Below are positions 59,524 through 64,000 of a DNA stretch of 64,000 nucleotides, in pieces. Within the stretch, counting starts at the first letter, position 1; every line of letters begins with the position of its first letter. The position numbers and the translations under genes were made by a program. The DNA comes from Microcoleus sp. (GTDB taxonomy: Bacteria; Cyanobacteriota; Cyanobacteriia; Cyanobacteriales; Microcoleaceae), in assembly GCA_052279835.1 (NCBI GenBank), contig CP181291.1, positions 4,480,001 through 4,544,000 of the forward strand. The letters run 5' to 3'. The notes beneath the pieces are model-generated. The model was given only the letters and a program-made list of their open reading frames with translations. It was not told the origin of the DNA and did no database searches.

Positions 59524-61026
59524 ATGCGATCGCGAACTGTTAGAGAAGGTTCTGTCGGGTTTTTAATTTTAGTAGGAATCGGCTTATTTGGAGGCTTAGT
59601 CCTCTGGCTGCGAGGGGTACAACTAGGGAACCGCAGCTATAAATTTGTCGTAGAATTTGCCAGCGCCCAAGGAATGCAAATCGGCACACCAGTCAGGTAT
59701 CGCGGGGTTAGTGTAGGTAAAATTAGTACCCTGAAAGCTGGCCCCAACGGAGTAGACGCGATCCTGGAAATTTCCCCAGGTAATTTAGTCATTCCCCGCG
59801 ATGTGGCGATCGAAGCAAATAAATCTGGTTTAATTGGGGAAGCATCGATCGACATTACACCCAATTCACTTTTACCCGAATCGTTAATTACCGCCAATCC
59901 TTTGAGTGCCGAATGTCCCGCTGGAATTATCTGCAAAAATTCGCGCTTAAAAGGTCAAGCTGGAGTCAGCCTCGATGAACTAATTCGCTCCACCGTCCGC
60001 CTAGCCAATTTATACACAGACCCCGCCCTATTTAATAATATCAAAGCCCTCACTGAAAATACATCTAATACAGCCAAAGGTGCGGCCAAATTAACTCAAG
60101 AATTATCAAACTTGACCATCTCTGCTAAAGGAGAGATTAAAAGTTTAAGTCAGTCTGTCAAAGGAGATGTTAACAACTTAACTCAATCAGTCAAAGGAGA
60201 ATTGGGAACTTTTAATCAGTCAATAAAAGGAGAAGTGGGCAGCTTAAATCAATCACTGAAGGGAGAAGCGAGCAGTTTAAATCAATCACTCAAAGGAGAA
60301 CTATCAGGCGTAGCCGCCGATGTATCTAAAGTAGCAAAGACGGCGGACAGTTCCACAAAAGCAGTATCTGCCGCTGCGATCGAGTCAGCTAACTCAGTCA
60401 CTAAAGCTGCTAATCAAATTACTTTAACAGCTAACGAACTCAATTCCCTAGTTATCAGCAACAGATCGAGTTTAGTTGCAACTCTGAATAATCTCAATCA
60501 AGCCAGTCAAGAAATCCGTGTCACCGTCAGCAGCTTGAGTCCCACTATCAATCGCATTAACCAAGGACAATTACTCAACAACCTCGAAATTTTATCAGCA
60601 AATGCAGCCCAAGCTGCTGCTAACTTGCGAGATTTATCTACTAATCTGAATAATCCAGCAACATTCCAGTTATTACAGCAAACTTTAGATGCAGCCCGCG
60701 CGACACTTCAGAACGTCCATAAAATCACTGCCGATGTAGACGAAGTTACAGGAGACCCAGCTTTTCGCAACAATATTCGCAAGTTATTAAACGGACTAGG
60801 AAGCTTGTTCAGTTCCACAGAACAATTGCAACAGCAAGTGAAAGTAGCTCAAACATTGGCTCCACTTTCTAGTCAATTGAATACCAATTTGAATCCTAGT
60901 GCAACAACGGTAGTTCCACCTGCTAAACCGAAGGTTGTGATTTTGCCAAATAAACAAAAGCCTGCGGATTCGTCATCAGAAAATAGCAAATTATCGGAAA
61001 CAGTTGAATTGGAAAAAAATAATTAA
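59524..61026 (+). CDS. mlaD: MlaD/MCE family protein (TGD2-like) with an extended helical region
   Basis: MRSRTVREGSVG, 'GTPVRYRGVSVG' and 'GLIGEASIDITP'. Confidence 0.88.
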   Translation: MRSRTVREGSVGFLILVGIGLFGGLVLWLRGVQLGNRSYKFVVEFASAQGMQIGTPVRYRGVSVGKISTLKAGPNGVDAILEISPGNLVIPRDVAIEANKSGLIGEASIDITPNSLLPESLITANPLSAECPAGIICKNSRLKGQAGVSLDELIRSTVRLANLYTDPALFNNIKALTENTSNTAKGAAKLTQELSNLTISAKGEIKSLSQSVKGDVNNLTQSVKGELGTFNQSIKGEVGSLNQSLKGEASSLNQSLKGELSGVAADVSKVAKTADSSTKAVSAAAIESANSVTKAANQITLTANELNSLVISNRSSLVATLNNLNQASQEIRVTVSSLSPTINRINQGQLLNNLEILSANAAQAAANLRDLSTNLNNPATFQLLQQTLDAARATLQNVHKITADVDEVTGDPAFRNNIRKLLNGLGSLFSSTEQLQQQVKVAQTLAPLSSQLNTNLNPSATTVVPPAKPKVVILPNKQKPADSSSENSKLSETVELEKNN

Positions 61027-61090
61027 ATAAAGTTGCTTAGTGGTATCGAAAAAGTTTATAATACATCTCAAACTCACAGTAAGCACGACC

Positions 61091-61864
61091 ATGACAACAG
61101 TCGTTCCCACCCTCAAAACTTCAGAAATCCTATACCCTAGCGCTGATGGAGAACCAGTGGCAGAAACTTACGACCATGTAGATGCAATTTTAACCACTTT
61201 AGCAGTATTAAAACAATACCTCGCAGACCGTAGAGCTACGGTATTAGCCAACCAATTTTTATACTACGCCCAAGGTTTTCCCAAACTACGGGTAGCACCG
61301 GATGTGATGGTAATTTTTGATGTAGAACCCGGTGGCAGAGATAATTACAAAATCTGGGAAGAAGGCCAAGTGCCGAAAGTGATTTTTGAAATGACATCAC
61401 CAGGTACAAAGTCGGAAGATATAATCACTAAAAAAGACTTGTACGAGGGGATAGAAGTTCAAGAATACTGGTTGTTTGACCCGAAAGGTGAATGGATTGC
61501 CGAACAATTGCGCGGGTATCGATTGGGGGTAGAAGGGTATGAATTAATTAGAGATAGTCGCAGCGCAGTCTTGCAACTGCGGTTAGAAATAGAAGGCAAA
61601 CTGATTGGGTTTTATCGGGAAGATAATGGACAAAAATTATTGATTCCTGATGAATTGGCTTCAGCTTTGCAAGCAGAACGACAACGGGCTGAAGCGGAAC
61701 GACAACGGGCAGAAGCCGAAAGTCAACGGGCAGAAGCCGAAAGTCAACGGGCAGAAGCTGAAAGTCAACGTGCGGAAGCTGAAAGTCAACGTGCTGCTGA
61801 ACTCGAAGCTTTGCTAGCGCGTTATCGATCGCAGTTTGGAGAATTACCGCAGGATAATGGCTAA
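61091..61864 (+). CDS. Uma2/DUF820 family putative endonuclease with a C-terminal AESQRAE repeat
   Basis: 'YPSADGEPVAET', 'APDVMV', 'FEMTS' and 'EYWLFDP'. Confidence 0.9.
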   Translation: MTTVVPTLKTSEILYPSADGEPVAETYDHVDAILTTLAVLKQYLADRRATVLANQFLYYAQGFPKLRVAPDVMVIFDVEPGGRDNYKIWEEGQVPKVIFEMTSPGTKSEDIITKKDLYEGIEVQEYWLFDPKGEWIAEQLRGYRLGVEGYELIRDSRSAVLQLRLEIEGKLIGFYREDNGQKLLIPDELASALQAERQRAEAERQRAEAESQRAEAESQRAEAESQRAEAESQRAAELEALLARYRSQFGELPQDNG

Positions 61865-62859
61865 AGATACAGCCCCCCAAAGAGGTAAAAAGGGGGACGA
61901 AAGATCGGAATCTTGTCCCCCCTTGTTAAGGGGGGTTAGGGGGGATCGGAATTCTATGCAACGACCTATAAAATTGGTATAGGGGGCGATCGCACCGGGA
62001 GCATCCCGATTTTGCATAGGCTGTAGCATCACCGCAGAAAATTTATTAGCTCGCGGCAGAGATTTACAGCCCTCATGCTTCGCCCCTACGAATATATTTG
62101 CACTCATTGAGATGCACCCGATCGCTACCAATTTAAAATTGACTAAAATTGAGAAAGCAGTTGGGCTATCAAAAGATTAAACTCAAAAATAGAGCGAGAA
62201 AAAATATGATACAAACAGCAGTCAAAAAATCAATTACCGATAGCTGCTTGACTCTGAAAGGAGTGAGTTGGTCGCAATTTGAATCGCTAGAAGCTGCTTT
62301 TGAGTCATTCGGCGGTATCAAATTCGCTTATTTAGATGGGATTTTAGACATTATGACAGTTAGCCCCGAACATGAAGAGACAAAGAGTACCATTGGTATT
62401 TTGTTAGAAGCATACCTGAGAGAGAAGGGTATCCGATCTTATAGAAGGGGCGGGCCGACTTTGGGTAGTAAAGAACAGGGGGCTAGAAAAGAGCCTGATG
62501 AGTCGTATAATTTGCAGACTAAAAAGGAAATTCCTGATTTGGCGATCGAAGTTATATTCACTAGCGGTGGCATCGATAAACTGCAACTATACAAGCGTTT
62601 GGGGATACCTGAAGTTTGGTTTTGGGAAGATGGGGTGCTGAGTATCTATTATTTGAGGGAGGAGTACGAAAAAGTCGATCGCAGCGAATTGTTGCCGGAG
62701 TTAGACATTGCTTTGTTAGTCAAGTACGTGACTTATTTCGACCAATACGATGCTGTTACGGAGTTTCTTCAGGCTTTGAAGGAAGGTTAAATGTGTATGG
62801 AGACGATATTATCGATCGCAGTTTGGAGAATTACCGCAGGATAACGGCTAAAGATACAG
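61822..62859 (+). repeat. 51-bp direct repeat (61822-61872 and 62809-62859) flanking the second Uma2 gene
   Basis: TTATCGATCGCAGTTTGGAGAATTACCGCAGGATAA(T/C)GGCTAAAGATACAG, 1 mismatch. Confidence 0.9.
62206..62790 (+). CDS. Uma2/DUF820 family putative endonuclease
   Basis: 'EPDESY', 'PDLAIEV' and 'LGIPEVWFW'. Confidence 0.92.
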   Translation: MIQTAVKKSITDSCLTLKGVSWSQFESLEAAFESFGGIKFAYLDGILDIMTVSPEHEETKSTIGILLEAYLREKGIRSYRRGGPTLGSKEQGARKEPDESYNLQTKKEIPDLAIEVIFTSGGIDKLQLYKRLGIPEVWFWEDGVLSIYYLREEYEKVDRSELLPELDIALLVKYVTYFDQYDAVTEFLQALKEG

Positions 62860-62914
62860 GAGTGCGATCGCCCTTTACCAATTCGATCGCACTCTTAGTT
62901 CTAAGGTAACATCA

Positions 62915-63355
62915 TTACACTTCAGTATATTCCTTGCTTTTTTGAGAGTCTAACCAACGTTGATAAGCTTCCTTGTCTCCTCTAAAGGAATCGAGAGAAA
63001 CTTGACGTTCTGGCATGGGTTTTAGTGGAGCATCAATGGGGGAATATTGGCAATAGCAGATTACTACTATATCAAATTCAGCGATCGGAATATCGGGAGT
63101 ATAAGTCTCAACCCGCGCTACTTCCCAATCACTGGTGCGGTAATGAGTGCTGTAACCATGTCTATCTGGATCGTGTTCTGCTTCTACACGAACAAATTCT
63201 GGAGGGCGATAGCCAACTTCAGGAATTTCCTCATTAGAAGAGTCAAAGTGTTCGGCTAAAATCTTAGTTAGGGATTGGGTGTGTTCAAGCTTGCGTTTTT
63301 CCCAACCTGGTTGGCGCTTGTCTGCTCTAAAGACAATCCATTTACGCATCTTCAT
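62915..63355 (-). CDS. Hypothetical protein
   Basis: 146-aa protein-like ORF; start overlaps the upstream gene and is preceded by AAGGAGG. Confidence 0.75.
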   Translation of the reverse strand: MKMRKWIVFRADKRQPGWEKRKLEHTQSLTKILAEHFDSSNEEIPEVGYRPPEFVRVEAEHDPDRHGYSTHYRTSDWEVARVETYTPDIPIAEFDIVVICYCQYSPIDAPLKPMPERQVSLDSFRGDKEAYQRWLDSQKSKEYTEV

Positions 63356-63761
63356 CCTCCTTGCTTTCTAGTTCTTTGTACCAGTCTGGAAACTCCGTTT
63401 GACCTTTAAAAACACAATCAACTTTGAAAATTGGGCCGTCAATTTTTTCAATCTCAATTAGTTTCCAACCATACTTTTGTTCCATCTCTTCACAACAATC
63501 TGGATCTGCTGCTGCGTGTCGAGATTTGTCTTCATCTGGATCGTAACGTAACCATCGTGGATTTTTTGTGATAATTGATATTGCTCCCTGTGTTGGGTTG
63601 ACAACCTTGGAGAAGTCGTCTGGATGCCGTATTTGCGGTACTGCGTCCGGGCGCGTCTTTGCACACTTATATGATAATGGTTGTAATATCTGCCTGCTTC
63701 TGAACCAGACAATTGGTTGAATTTGCTTGACAATTATCAGTTTGTATGTATGAAGATTCAA
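63342..63761 (-). CDS. Hypothetical protein (start uncertain)
   Basis: 139-aa ORF with 'DPDCCEEMEQKYGWKL...VDCVF.G'; coupled to the downstream ORF. Confidence 0.65.
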   Translation of the reverse strand: MNLHTYKLIIVKQIQPIVWFRSRQILQPLSYKCAKTRPDAVPQIRHPDDFSKVVNPTQGAISIITKNPRWLRYDPDEDKSRHAAADPDCCEEMEQKYGWKLIEIEKIDGPIFKVDCVFKGQTEFPDWYKELESKEDEDA

Positions 63762-64000
63762 GCAAAAAATTTAAATGGGGAGGGCGATCGTTTTGCGATC
63801 GAACTTGGGCATTCTAGATACAGGTGCGAGTGCGAGTGCCTGGAAACCTTCTAGGCCAAGGATTGGCGATGGAAAGCACGCAGAAAAAATCTAGTAATAG
63901 TCCTGTTCATTGGAGAGATCGAGTTAAGCAAATTTCTGCGTTAGTATCGATGGTTTCGTTTGGGGGTTCGGCAATTTTTGGTATTGTAAGTCTGTTCAGC

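Larger units (their letters stand above)
1..64000. other. High density of HIP1 (GCGATCGC) octamers throughout the window
   Basis: Dozens of GCGATCGC/CGATCG sites in genes and intergenic DNA, a cyanobacterial signature. Confidence 0.95.

Noticed and set aside
63790..64000. Gene fragment at the right edge
   Set aside because: Too little sequence to assign a frame or product

Overview
A 64-kb chromosomal segment of a filamentous cyanobacterium, probably Oscillatoriales or Microcoleus-like. This is inferred from dense HIP1 GCGATCGC sites, nblB, pentapeptide proteins and heptamer tandem repeats. Most genes are housekeeping or cyanobacterial: rnhA, ureDABC, a CheB/CheR hybrid kinase, tamB, murQ, nblB, dacB, recA, lepB, pyrC, tsaE, yvcK and mlaF/mlaD-like genes. 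Accessory DNA is layered over them. An intact IS5 element with a target duplication splits a secreted-protein gene. MNT-HEPN and AAA-DUF4276 modules sit inside the urease operon. There are also nested MITE/REP elements, a palindromic repeat inserted in frame in ureC, a 1.16-kb tandem array of 137-bp cruciform units, and two Uma2 genes linked by a 51-bp direct repeat. The most striking structure is a four-helix-bundle (IVS-protein/Avd-like) gene between mlaF and mlaD. It is bracketed by two mutually inverted arrays of 13 heptamers each and looks like a compact self-pairing cassette. Three +1 frameshifts in short homopolymers may be assembly errors. No CRISPR array, rRNA or tRNA was recognised. 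Family calls rest on motif recognition; no database search was run.
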